A stretch of DNA of 64,000 nt from a virus, in the IMG/VR virus record IMGVR_UViG_3300027861_000001, positions 1 to 64,000 of that record; one strand, 5' to 3'. The notes under the pieces were generated by a model. That model made no database searches. It saw only the letters and a list, made by a program, of their open reading frames with translations, and was not told the DNA's origin. Every line of letters begins with the position of its first letter. The first letter of the stretch is position 1. The translations under genes were made by a program, and so were the position numbers. Below are positions 1-9,622 of this stretch, piece by piece.

Positions 1-19
1 TTCACCTCCTTCACTGTAT

Positions 20-48
20 ACTATAACAGCTGCCTAACTGGAAGTCAA
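20..48 (-). promoter_or_regulatory. sigma70-type promoter with spacer GGC and extended -10
   Basis: Minus strand TTGACT-tccagttaGGCagcTGt-TATAGT, 17-nt spacer, upstream of an AGGAGGTG RBS at the window edge. Confidence 0.7.
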
Positions 49-160
49 GTAGTAGTTGGATGCCAGGTATATCCTCTGGCTAATATGCCTAGAATGATAT
101 ATTCTAGGCTGATCTGACATTCACACGCCATCACAGAACAGAACTATTTTCTCTGGCTAA

Positions 161-457
161 TTACTTCCCCATGAATCTTTTCTCCAGTTCAGTTTTCAGA
201 TGTCGAAAGTGCATAATATCTTCGAGCGTGGTTTCTTTTGGTTTCATGAATATGGCTGCTAAGACAGAGCTAGCTTTGAATCCATCAAGTATACCCTCAT
301 CCATCACAGTACTCATAGCTATCACAGCCTGCTGATAGGAGACGGAATCTTCAATCTTCGGTTCTATGTATTCCTCACAATCAGGACATTCCATCCCATT
401 CCCATATTTCAGGCAATCGTCTGTGTTTATGTTCTTCTGGCAACACTCATTTCCCAT
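161..457 (-). CDS. hypothetical protein with Cys-rich N-terminus
   Basis: 98-aa ORF, AGGAGG RBS, own promoter at 478-506. Confidence 0.7.
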   Translation of the reverse strand: MGNECCQKNINTDDCLKYGNGMECPDCEEYIEPKIEDSVSYQQAVIAMSTVMDEGILDGFKASSVLAAIFMKPKETTLEDIMHFRHLKTELEKRFMGK

Positions 458-477
458 TGTGTACCTCCTTTATATAT

Positions 478-506
478 AGTATATCACTAGCCTATTAGGA
501 AGTCAA
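478..506 (-). promoter_or_regulatory. sigma70-type promoter with spacer GGC
   Basis: TTGACT-tcctaataGGCtagTGa-TATACT. Confidence 0.75.
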
Positions 507-519
507 CCACTAATGACAG

Positions 520-1000
520 CCAAGTATCCCACCAGGCTAATATGACAAATGATCAAATTGGCTATTCAGAACCGGAGAGAAAGTACATAATTGTACAAAA
601 AGTAGGGGTAAAAGTGATCACATTGGCTATTATGACAAGGAAAAAGTGTGCGGGTTGGTAGTTTGCTATCGTTTATATACCAACAGGCTATTAAGACAAT
701 ACCCTATATAACAAGAACAAACCCCTCCCTATTGGCTTATATGAACGGAACATTCCCCTATGGCTTCTTTGATGAGAATTTACAGGTAATAGGCTAAGAT
801 GACAATATAAAAAAAGTAGAGAACACCTCTGTCAAAAGAACAGATCATATTCTCTATTTAGTTTTGGCTCTGGTTATTTGGCTCTGGCTTTTTCTATTTA
901 GCTTTGGGTAGGAATATCCTCTATTTACTTTTTTATCTTATATATGGCTTTGGCTATTTAGTTTTGAACAAGAATATCCTCTATTTGGCTTTTTACTTTG
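520..1000. repeat. non-coding region with degenerate direct repeats (GGCTAWTATGACAA-like and CTATTTAG-like); possible iteron/origin region
   Basis: ggctaatatgacaa (~535), ggctattatgacaa (~625), ggctattaagacaa (~686), ggctaagatgacaa (~792); atatcctctattt/ctatttag repeats 845-1000; no credible ORF. Confidence 0.5.
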
Positions 1001-1131
1001 AAAGAGCGATAATCTCAATCATTAATAGTAAGAATACTTGGCAAACTAACAAGTACTTTATGTCTTTTAGGTGTTTGTCTGTATTATTCATTATAACCTA
1101 ACCTCAGCCCGCAAATTTTTACTTTGTATGG

Positions 1132-1332
1132 CTATTTAGCTTTCTGTAGCTTCTTCAAAGAGCCATTCTTAGCCCATTTAAAGTTACATAGATAATAGGC
1201 ATACTTCTCAGGAGACATAGTTGTTCTGTAGTTACAATCATAACCATATAGGCAAAGAAGCATACTTATTCTTGTTTCTTCGTTCCTTCTAAATAGATCA
1301 TGTTTGAATGTTTGTAGTATCTCTATTGTCAT
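1132..1332 (-). CDS. hypothetical protein
   Basis: 66-aa ORF with GGAGG upstream. Confidence 0.55.
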   Translation of the reverse strand: MTIEILQTFKHDLFRRNEETRISMLLCLYGYDCNYRTTMSPEKYAYYLCNFKWAKNGSLKKLQKAK

Positions 1333-1706
1333 GTAATATGAACCTCCGCCCGCACACTTTTAAAGAGGCGGAAAATGTCCACCATTATTCTTGTTCCTTC
1401 TTCGTATAACGGCTCTCTTTATGGGTTGGAAGGTTATACAGCCACCTACGAAACCAAGGACAAACAATAGTATATCCATCTAACCTCCTTGTAGGCTTAA
1501 GGTTGGGTAATACCTTTGTGCATAGCTAAGGTTTCATGGTAAGTAAGTATGGCATCAATAACACCCAAAGCTGCTTTACATTCTTCTGTTTGTCCTTTGT
1601 CTAAATGTTCTTTGGCTGCATAGACCACGTGTCTAAGTTGAAATAATGTGTTATCTTCCATCTATTAGCTCCTTATATAGTAGGTAATAATGGTAATGTA
1701 TGAGCC

Positions 1707-1922
1707 TCAGCCCGCACGATTTTTTCCATAATTGGCTAACCACTCTACTCGTTCTCGTTCTAACTGTTTTTCCTTCTCTCGTTCTGCCTGTTTTTCCTTC
1801 TTATGTCGGCTATAGAAATACCAAGGAACAGACCATATAGGAAACGTAAGTATTAAGACAATCAACAATAAAATGTTAACGCCTGCTTCAACACCTTCAT
1901 CCAAGTTTTCGGCTGTAAGCAT
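1707..1922 (-). CDS. small membrane protein
   Basis: One hydrophobic segment then a charged tail; AGGAGG RBS. Confidence 0.65.
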   Translation of the reverse strand: MLTAENLDEGVEAGVNILLLIVLILTFPIWSVPWYFYSRHKKEKQAEREKEKQLERERVEWLANYGKNRAG

Positions 1923-2010
1923 TCCAACCTCCTTTTTTTGGTAGAGGCATCTTCTTTTACTACGTCTACTTGCAATTTGTAGTATTTAACCATTTGTACC
2001 TCCTTTTAGG

Positions 2011-2277
2011 CTAATAACTACGATTAGTGTAGTTTATGTGTTGTATCGTTATTTTATCCTCATCAATTCCTTTGGCTTTGGCTACCTTCTTCAAAGCCTT
2101 TACTACTTCAGGTATCACTTCAGCATCATCAGTCTCTATTGTGGCTGCTATGCTGATTACATGGGGGTGTGTTACATTACACATGTTATATACATCCTCC
2201 GCCGAAAATCTATTTGTTAGTGCCTTTGGTAAGCCTTTCAGGTCTTGTGGAAAATGCTCAGGATAAATCAACCTCAA
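2011..2277 (-). CDS. hypothetical protein
   Basis: 88-aa ORF, TTG start, AGGAGG RBS. Confidence 0.6.
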   Translation of the reverse strand: MRLIYPEHFPQDLKGLPKALTNRFSAEDVYNMCNVTHPHVISIAATIETDDAEVIPEVVKALKKVAKAKGIDEDKITIQHINYTNRSY

Positions 2278-2420
2278 TTTATACCTCCTTCTAGGCTTAT
2301 TTGATTATTAAGATAAGCATAATAGCTGTCAACTGTATTGATATTATTACAAGAAGCCAGTTAATATCACATAATTGTCTCTTGATTGGCATTTACCTCC
2401 CTTATTAGGCTAATGTGCAG

Positions 2421-2894
2421 TTACTTCACTTGTAATACTTCTAGGCGTTCAGGTAGGGAAGGATACACTAAGCCCACCCAAAAATTCCCTTTCATCTTCT
2501 CCATTTCCCTCAAATCGCTGTTATAGTTGTTAATGGCATTTCGCCACTCAGCAATCCTGGCACTCACAGCCTGTCCCTGCTCCATCTTTTCAAGCGAGCC
2601 GTCCACCAAGAACCCATCAGTTATGGCAGGGTCACTCAGCAAATCTTCTGTCAACTCAATGGCAGTAATATAATTGGCAGAGTTGGCATCATGAAAGGCC
2701 TCTAACTCGGCTACATCTTTCTGTAAGTCAATACTCATGCAAACAGGGACTAGCAGTAGGGTTACTATGGCACCAATAGAAATACCTATGAGAACTTTCC
2801 AGCCATCCTTATCATATCCTTTATACCTTTTCAGTTTATAGATGCCGAAAATTAACAGTGCGGCAAATATTACCAATAGAATTACGAATAACAT
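2421..2894 (-). CDS. membrane protein, weakly LemA-like
   Basis: Two N-terminal TM segments, coiled region, RIAEWRNAINNYN...NFW resembling the LemA C-terminal YN motif. Confidence 0.45.
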   Translation of the reverse strand: MLFVILLVIFAALLIFGIYKLKRYKGYDKDGWKVLIGISIGAIVTLLLVPVCMSIDLQKDVAELEAFHDANSANYITAIELTEDLLSDPAITDGFLVDGSLEKMEQGQAVSARIAEWRNAINNYNSDLREMEKMKGNFWVGLVYPSLPERLEVLQVK

Positions 2895-2918
2895 TAGACT
2901 ACCTCCATTTTTAGTTAT

Positions 2919-3152
2919 TTAATCATTCAACAGCGCATAAGTTATAGCTGCCAGTATGCACAGTAGTATAAGTGCGGCTAGAACTATCCATAGTGGGGAG
3001 AGTACAAACACCCAAGCCCACGAAATAACTCCTGCCACTTTCATGACGATGAATGCCACTGTCAGGATGGATGATATACCGGCAGAGACAGCGAGCAGTA
3101 CATACAGAACTACAGCAATGGCTCCTGAGAATATACCTAATATTGTTTTCAT
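2919..3152 (-). CDS. small membrane protein
   Basis: Fully hydrophobic, SWAWVFVLSPLWI motif, GGAGG RBS. Confidence 0.6.
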   Translation of the reverse strand: MKTILGIFSGAIAVVLYVLLAVSAGISSILTVAFIVMKVAGVISWAWVFVLSPLWIVLAALILLCILAAITYALLND

Positions 3153-3581
3153 GCTACCTCCATTTTATTTGGTAACGGCTATTGTTATATTATCGTTTTA
3201 TCAATAGAAGCCTCCCCACATCAAGAGTGCGACACAGATAATTGTACCTACCACAGAGCCAAAAAACTGTCCGCCACCCTCTTTGTCGCATTTACCTGCC
3301 GACGTTAGCAGGTTGATGGCTAATATTACCGTATAGATTATTTGTGGTGCGCCCATGTTACCTCCTTTACTAGGCTTATTTGTCAGTTGCTATCCAAACA
3401 CCCAAGTCCACACAAACTAACTTTAGAACTTTGTTGGCTTCAAGCGTGTCGATATACGCATCGAGGCAATCTTTATCTAGTCCTTGTTTTATAGTATCCT
3501 TGGCAAAGTTATGCACCGTTGGATCGGCTAACACATCCTTAATGTGTTTTTTCAGGGTTGGCGATACATAATCAAGATTGC

Positions 3582-3878
3582 TCATATAAACCTCCAAGGT
3601 TTTACACTGTTTATAACTGGGGCTAATTGTTTTGAGTGCTTCAGAACGATATGCCTAGCCTTGACCATTTCTGTCTTTGTCAACCCACCGTTGTGTGACT
3701 TCTCAGCCAAGAACGTGCCATAAGGAGCATCAAATCTATTGAAGCCGATACCATTCTTATGGAGGGTTCTGGCTGGTCTTATCTCGTCTGGTGTTTGCCG
3801 ATGATACAATACATTCAGGCAAAATAGCACGAAGTAGTCACCCTGTTGGGCGTAACCTTTGAACTCCGCTGTATTCAT
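3582..3878 (-). CDS. phage-type hypothetical protein
   Basis: LYHRQTPDE...NGIGFNRFDA; AGGTAGG RBS. Confidence 0.55.
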   Translation of the reverse strand: MNTAEFKGYAQQGDYFVLFCLNVLYHRQTPDEIRPARTLHKNGIGFNRFDAPYGTFLAEKSHNGGLTKTEMVKARHIVLKHSKQLAPVINSVKPWRFI

Positions 3879-3998
3879 GGCACCTACCTTTTTCTTCTGT
3901 GATAGAAAGCCCAGCCACTTATTCCAAAAATGGCTAGAACCAACAACACTACACTAATCGGCATTCCCTTCTCTCCCAGCTTTTTGATTTATAAACCA

Positions 3999-4196
3999 TT
4001 AATTCCTATTAGCTTCAGCGTATGCCATCCAAACGTTGTCTGGTAGTGGTTCAAACTTAGCCATATGAAAGACAATATGTTCCTGCCACTCAGCTAAGTA
4101 ATCTAAGAACTCTGCCACACAACTGAATGTGATACTCTCTCCATTGCGGTTGCGTATAGTTACAGTACCATCGTTGGCTTCATGTATACTTCCCAT
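3999..4196 (-). CDS. hypothetical protein
   Basis: 65-aa ORF, AGGAGG RBS. Confidence 0.55.
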   Translation of the reverse strand: MGSIHEANDGTVTIRNRNGESITFSCVAEFLDYLAEWQEHIVFHMAKFEPLPDNVWMAYAEANRN

Positions 4197-4204
4197 TACC
4201 CCTC

Positions 4205-4663
4205 CTAATCATCCATGTCTAGCTCATCGCTTATTTCGTAGGCATCACCGATATTGAAGAAAATCCACTGCCAACACTTTCTATATGCTTTGTTCCTTAC
4301 TTGCTTGATGGGGTCTTTGGCTGCTTCCTCAAACTCCCTTCGTCTTGCGGCGTGATCTATGATAGGTGTTTCACAACTAACTTTTTCACCTTCATATGGA
4401 ACTTGAATCATTGGCTCTATACCGAGACGAGGTTCATTCCAGTGCTGCCAAGTTTTAGAGGTTTCGGGATGGACAATATCGAAGTGGTGATAGAATAGCT
4501 GCCAACTTAACACATAGTGGACATATTCGTGGTAACCACCACAAACATCGCAGGAATCTCTGCCTATACTTCGATACCATCCCTTCTCTTTGGCTATTAG
4601 TCTCTTCTTTTCCGCAATCCTGTTCTGAGAAGCAGCCAGCGCAGTCCTAACTGTTTTATTCAT
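4205..4663 (-). CDS. hypothetical protein
   Basis: 152 aa, AGGAG RBS, own promoter. Confidence 0.65.
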   Translation of the reverse strand: MNKTVRTALAASQNRIAEKKRLIAKEKGWYRSIGRDSCDVCGGYHEYVHYVLSWQLFYHHFDIVHPETSKTWQHWNEPRLGIEPMIQVPYEGEKVSCETPIIDHAARRREFEEAAKDPIKQVRNKAYRKCWQWIFFNIGDAYEISDELDMDD

Positions 4664-4696
4664 AGCCAGAACGCTCCTTTTTCTTTCTTCTACCTT

Positions 4697-4725
4697 ATTT
4701 TACCATTAGCCAGACATTAAGTCAA
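4697..4725 (-). promoter_or_regulatory. sigma70-type promoter with spacer GGC
   Basis: TTGACT-taatgtctGGCtaaTGg-TAAAAT. Confidence 0.7.
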
Positions 4726-4759
4726 GAGGTAGATTGATGCCACAAAACCACATCGGCTA

Positions 4760-5767
4760 TTATGCGGTGCTGTCTACTTTGGCATCATCTTCAATAACGA
4801 ATCCAGACTTCTTTAAGGCAACACTCATAAAGTCACCAAAAGTCAACATATGGCTCTTAAATGCATCAATTATTGCTTCAATATCATTCTCATGTTCTTT
4901 TAAGAATACGTTAGACGCATCACCATCGACATAAGTGTGTTTTCCTTCTACAACGGAAGTCAACACATCTACAGTAGGCATCACAGAGAACCATCCATTA
5001 ACATAATCAGCACGTTCCATTCTATAATAATAACGGGTAAACTCTCCAGTAGCTTTGTTTACGTAGCCAGATTGTATACCAAGTTTTGTTTTCAATGAGC
5101 TTAATATATATCTACTAAAGTCATCGTAGTCGTGTATATAAGTCTGAGACCTAGATACACCAACCGCCTTTCCATAGAGAGCAGAAAGTAACTTTTGTTT
5201 ATCTTTATAAGGCAGATTTGAGGCTTCTATTTGTTTTGCTCTGATTAACGCTTGTCTAATTTTTGTTTCATCTAAGACTTTTCTGTAACCTTTAGGAGAT
5301 TTCATATGAGCGAGTGCGGCATTTTTCAACCATCGAGCATTATCATTGTATGTCCTATTCATAGTCTTTATCATTTCATCAACCACAGTGGGTTGCTTTT
5401 CTTCTACTTTACGTTCCTTTTTCTTTTTGTATTCAGCAAGTTGCCGTTCTTTCGTAGCTTGTGCTTCTACCCAATATTTGGGGGTAAATGGTGGAAGTAT
5501 TGTTGCCGGTCTACCTGCATAATCAAAGCTACCGTAATGATTTCTTCTTGAAGACACCCCACAAAGCCCACTTGGTTCGTAATCAAGATTACCCAACCTT
5601 TTGATGCCATCTTTTTTACTCGGTATTGTGTTCTCGAAATAAACTAGCAATTCCTTTCTTAGGGTATTAAGGGTTCTCTCGCTGAGACAAGAAAGCCCTT
5701 CTACCAAATGGATTGCTTTTAGTAGTTTTTCTGCCTTTTCATGATCCTCCAGTTGATAGTACCCCAT
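4760..5767 (-). CDS. hypothetical protein
   Basis: 335-aa ORF, GAGGTG RBS. Confidence 0.75.
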   Translation of the reverse strand: MGYYQLEDHEKAEKLLKAIHLVEGLSCLSERTLNTLRKELLVYFENTIPSKKDGIKRLGNLDYEPSGLCGVSSRRNHYGSFDYAGRPATILPPFTPKYWVEAQATKERQLAEYKKKKERKVEEKQPTVVDEMIKTMNRTYNDNARWLKNAALAHMKSPKGYRKVLDETKIRQALIRAKQIEASNLPYKDKQKLLSALYGKAVGVSRSQTYIHDYDDFSRYILSSLKTKLGIQSGYVNKATGEFTRYYYRMERADYVNGWFSVMPTVDVLTSVVEGKHTYVDGDASNVFLKEHENDIEAIIDAFKSHMLTFGDFMSVALKKSGFVIEDDAKVDSTA

Positions 5768-5782
5768 TATGCACCTCTTTTT

Positions 5783-6478
5783 TTACTTCATTGTGCTACA
5801 GAAGCTCAGGATTTCCCTCAGCGCCGTTCGTGTATCTTCATCCGAAATTGCCAAATTCATCTTAGCAAGCATAGCAAGATCGGTGGCAGTTGCTTTATGT
5901 TCCTTCAACTTACCAAGCATACCTTCCAAATCGCCGAGTAGCTTCTTGATTTCGCTGTGACCTCTTACAGCCCTCTCCCAGGCTCTTTTAGCCCTCTCAG
6001 CCGCAGTTTCAAGCTTTCTTACAGCAAGATCATGAAGTTGCATCTCTATTCGATATGTACCATATGCCTTTTCTTTGTCTTCGATGGTAATGGTAATATC
6101 ACTTACCGGACGCTCAGGTGTTTCGGCTTTTTTGTCCATGACAACCATTTGTGCCTCAACATAAGCATCATAGAGTTTTTGTGTTCCTGAGATTTCAGTG
6201 AGTTTTTCTTTCATTACGTCGAAGCCAGCAGAATCGTGATAGTAGCTATCCTGCTTGTTACGAATGAAATTAACAAGCATAGTAATTTCGCCTTCACGTA
6301 CGCTCAGCTTATCAAGTACATTTGTTTCCCAATCGTTCAGCACTTGGACGCCGGTTTCACGCTGCCCATCTGTCAGTTTATCGCTCTTGCCCAGACCTTC
6401 GATTGTTTTTTGCAATTTGGAGAAGTCAATTTCACTGACTAGGGCTAACGCCGTGGATTTTTCCTTTTTCTCTGCCAA
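5783..6478 (-). CDS. coiled-coil-rich hypothetical protein
   Basis: 231 aa, helical heptad pattern, GGAGG RBS. Confidence 0.7.
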   Translation of the reverse strand: MAEKKEKSTALALVSEIDFSKLQKTIEGLGKSDKLTDGQRETGVQVLNDWETNVLDKLSVREGEITMLVNFIRNKQDSYYHDSAGFDVMKEKLTEISGTQKLYDAYVEAQMVVMDKKAETPERPVSDITITIEDKEKAYGTYRIEMQLHDLAVRKLETAAERAKRAWERAVRGHSEIKKLLGDLEGMLGKLKEHKATATDLAMLAKMNLAISDEDTRTALREILSFCSTMK

Positions 6479-6512
6479 AATATTCCTCCCGTTTTATTTA
6501 GACCTTAAATGC

Positions 6513-6550
6513 AAGTAAGGAGAGGCTATCTTTCAAGTCTCTCCTTACTT
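6513..6550. terminator. long intergenic hairpin (terminator or processing site)
   Basis: aagtaaggagaggct...agtctctccttactt inverted repeat of about 15 bp. Confidence 0.55.
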
Positions 6551-6621
6551 ATTAGGTTTTTTGAACCTTCACCTCTTGATTAGAGGCGTCTGTTGTTAAG
6601 TGTGCTTATTCAGCACTCGGC

Positions 6622-7425
6622 TTATTCAGTTGTAGGTTTATCTTCTTCGGCGTTAAACGTTAGAGTTTTTCCGTCCCAAACTGGGGGAGTCCACAACACG
6701 ATATAACCGCCCGATTTGTTTCGGGAGTCTGGAACCGATTTGCCACTCCCATAAGCATCGGGGAGTTCTGACGGAGTGCCATCATCGGAACCAACCATTG
6801 CACCTTGCTTTGAGCCAACAACGTTAGTTCGTGGACTGGTGTACTGTCCTCGTCCGGCTTCACCATCAGGAACTTTTGACCCGTCACCCCAGCCGACCTG
6901 AGCAACCGAAAGAAGTCTTTCGGGGTTTGCCTTTGTGGCCAGATCAATCACACAGGCTTCTGAAATCTTGGTTGTCTGCATGAGAGTCATAATAATGGGA
7001 TTGGGGTACTCGGCGGAAATCTCAACAAGGTTATTCAACCGGAATTGCATTTCCTTGATAAGATTTTTTGCATCAGCAGCCTTCATATTATCAATGGTTT
7101 CGGTTTTGACGGATAGAAAATAGTTTTCCATTTCCAGCACACCGTTTTGAATTCTGCGTGTAGCATCCCGCCACGCATACTTCCTCTCACTTGTGCCAGG
7201 CTGGGTTGAGGATTCTGCACTCACCAGAAGAATTGCCTCCTCCAGCTCAGGTAAATCAATTCCCTGTAAGCCAGCGAAAGCGGTACTCATCGGAACCCTC
7301 AGAGCTTCATCTGGGATGGCGTCAATCATTGCGATGTGACCCTTGATAGTGTTTTTATGGACATCTTTACCACCAGCGAGCCTGAGCCATCCTTTTTTCG
7401 GTTTGTCTGTAATTACTTGTGCCAC
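6622..7425 (-). CDS. hypothetical protein
   Basis: 267 aa, GTG start with AGGAGG RBS, first long gene after the promoter at 7551-7579. Confidence 0.75.
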   Translation of the reverse strand: MAQVITDKPKKGWLRLAGGKDVHKNTIKGHIAMIDAIPDEALRVPMSTAFAGLQGIDLPELEEAILLVSAESSTQPGTSERKYAWRDATRRIQNGVLEMENYFLSVKTETIDNMKAADAKNLIKEMQFRLNNLVEISAEYPNPIIMTLMQTTKISEACVIDLATKANPERLLSVAQVGWGDGSKVPDGEAGRGQYTSPRTNVVGSKQGAMVGSDDGTPSELPDAYGSGKSVPDSRNKSGGYIVLWTPPVWDGKTLTFNAEEDKPTTE

Positions 7426-7550
7426 TTCGACCTCCTAAAATAAAGATTTGTTAGTGTATAACCATTATCTAACTTGTCGTATAGGCGATCTCCCTTATTT
7501 GTTGTGCTTCTTGGCGTCTCCATTTTCCTCTATCCGTTCCTTACATACTA

Positions 7551-7579
7551 ATCTTATCATATGCCCAGTTAAATGTCAA
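7551..7579 (-). promoter_or_regulatory. sigma70-type promoter with spacer GGC
   Basis: TTGACA-tttaactgGGCataTGa-TAAGAT. Confidence 0.7.
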
Positions 7580-7776
7580 TACCCTGTTATTAGGCACAGT
7601 TTTACAAAATATTTGTGGCAATGTCAGGGTGCTGTAGGGTATAATATAATGTACCTGTACATTATATAGTTGACATAACGTTATAAAGCTGTGGTCTGGG
7701 CATTATTCCTACCCCCCTAGGCTAATCTGCTATACCAAATACCCTTTGGCTAATATGACAGAGTGAAGCTGTGGGG

Positions 7777-7805
7777 TTGACGATTTTCTAGGCGTTTGCT
7801 ATACT
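7777..7805 (+). promoter_or_regulatory. sigma70-type promoter with spacer GGC (divergent partner)
   Basis: TTGACG-attttctaGGCgttTGc-TATACT. Confidence 0.7.
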
Positions 7806-7872
7806 TAAATTGTAGGGACAGATTTTCAACAGAAAATAACCTGCCTGTATAATCTCAGGCAGAGGAAGTGAA

Positions 7873-8055
7873 ATGACAAAAGCTATATTTATGGTGATTG
7901 AAGCAAGGTGTAGAATCTGTGGCATCCCAATCATTTTAGATATAGAACCCCTCACCAGCCTATTTGAACATAAATCCTTTCCTTGGGCTATCTGTGAGGA
8001 CTGCCAGAACAGGGGTATAAATAGTGAAAAATCACTGAACAGCGCCGAACCCTAG
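7873..8055 (+). CDS. small zinc-ribbon protein
   Basis: CRIC...CEDC, GAGG RBS. Confidence 0.55.
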   Translation: MTKAIFMVIEARCRICGIPIILDIEPLTSLFEHKSFPWAICEDCQNRGINSEKSLNSAEP

Positions 8056-8079
8056 AGATTTTTTAATTAAGGAGATACT

Positions 8080-9225
8080 ATGATTAAAGAAGATGAAAGG
8101 TTAAAACTAGCTACTCCAGAAGAGCAAGCCTTGCTGCATTTACAGAGGCGGATAAATGATTTAGAGAATGAGTTTAAAAGTTATATAGGAAATAGAAAAG
8201 GGTATTCTGGACACCAATTACCAAAAGATAGTGAAAGCAAGGCACACCTATTTGAAAAACACCTACGACCTATCTACAAACAAGCTATTATTCTTTGTGC
8301 TGAAGATATTTGGAGAAAGGATGAGCATGGCGTAGATGTTGATTCAATGACTAAAAAGATACTTGAACTTGCCAGCTTAGAACATGTTCTAGTCAATACT
8401 AAGGACATTCACAAACTAAAAAACATGGTAAATTTTGTTGAAGAAAGGCGAAACGATTTAACGATAGAAACAAGTGATGAGTGGGCAGAGCTGCTCCTTC
8501 CAACCTTAGAAGGTTCGGAGGAACCAACATTGATTTGTATAGATGGCAATCAATTTTGGAGCCAATCACCTAACACACTTATTTATTTGTTTGAAAAGTT
8601 TCCAAACGCCGATTTAGTCATTACTTTCTTAAATTTATATTATGGAAAGAGTGCTAATTCAATACAGAACCAATGGTCTGAGATTTTATCAGTGTTTGGC
8701 TTAAATCCACCCACATCAACATTTGAGGATATAAGAGAAGTCTATGAAAAAAAGGTAAAAGAAAGATTTCCTCGCATCAAGATTACATGGCAACAATATT
8801 CTAATAACTCGGATGGTAAGTTCTTGATGTTTGCTAGCCTAAAGAATAAAATCTCTAAATCTACGTCTAACAAACATACAGACAAGGAGCAATTAACTAA
8901 TTTAGTTAAGAAAGTTGGATTGGAGACGGCAGCTGAAATGCTTAATTTAAAACCCTACTATGTTAGAGTACTTAGATATCCTACCACAAGAATGTCTACT
9001 GTTGTCAGCGAAAAATTGTGGGCAGTTTGTAATGGGGGTAATCCTGTTAAAGACCTAACCAATTACCAAGTTATTGAACTTATCAATGAGCTAGGAATTA
9101 AAAAAACCGCAGATGTTTGTGACATTCAACCTCAATCAATTTATCAGCAACGAAATGGATATCATCCAATAAGCAGAAACGTTAGAAGAAGGTTATCAGC
9201 ATATAAGGCTCAACTTGATGGATGA
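8080..9225 (+). CDS. hypothetical protein with two C-terminal HTH-like repeats; N-terminal part weakly TcmP-like
   Basis: VKKVGLETAAEMLNL and INELGIKKTADVCDIQPQSIYQQRNG resemble Cro-type HTH; AGGAG RBS. Confidence 0.55.
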   Translation: MIKEDERLKLATPEEQALLHLQRRINDLENEFKSYIGNRKGYSGHQLPKDSESKAHLFEKHLRPIYKQAIILCAEDIWRKDEHGVDVDSMTKKILELASLEHVLVNTKDIHKLKNMVNFVEERRNDLTIETSDEWAELLLPTLEGSEEPTLICIDGNQFWSQSPNTLIYLFEKFPNADLVITFLNLYYGKSANSIQNQWSEILSVFGLNPPTSTFEDIREVYEKKVKERFPRIKITWQQYSNNSDGKFLMFASLKNKISKSTSNKHTDKEQLTNLVKKVGLETAAEMLNLKPYYVRVLRYPTTRMSTVVSEKLWAVCNGGNPVKDLTNYQVIELINELGIKKTADVCDIQPQSIYQQRNGYHPISRNVRRRLSAYKAQLDG

Positions 9226-9622
9226 AGAAGACAAAGAAAAACTAAACCTAATTCATTATCAGGATCAAATAGATGGTTTAATACTAAGCGTAAAGTTTAA
9301 TATAGTGCCTGATCCACCAGACGAAGAAGTCATGAAAGAACTAATTAAACTTTGTGATAGTTTAAAGGAGGGAGAAATGGCATACACTAGAAAAGTCACC
9401 TTTACAAAAACAGGGCTGTATGGTTGCGGGTTGTACGATGAAGATGATGTTTACACAGTAGAGGAGTTTAAGGAGTTTTGTGGTGCAGGTGCATTCATTG
9501 ATTATGATGGATTCGGGCACCCTGTTAAAGATGGTTTTGCTGATGCTTGTATTAATATTAAACCATCTAGATTGAGTGCAATTCCTGAAGATGCTACACA
9601 CATTGTTTGGTATAATCGTTAG
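9215..9622 (+). CDS. hypothetical protein (possible internal start at 9377)
   Basis: ORF; strong AGGAGG before the in-frame ATG at 9377. Confidence 0.55.
   Translation: MMDEEDKEKLNLIHYQDQIDGLILSVKFNIVPDPPDEEVMKELIKLCDSLKEGEMAYTRKVTFTKTGLYGCGLYDEDDVYTVEEFKEFCGAGAFIDYDGFGHPVKDGFADACINIKPSRLSAIPEDATHIVWYNR

Noticed and set aside
4760-5767. KQKLLSALYGK resembling family-B DNA polymerase motif B
   Set aside because: The Asn is missing, and no motif A (DxxSLYP) or motif C (YxDTDS) is recognisable
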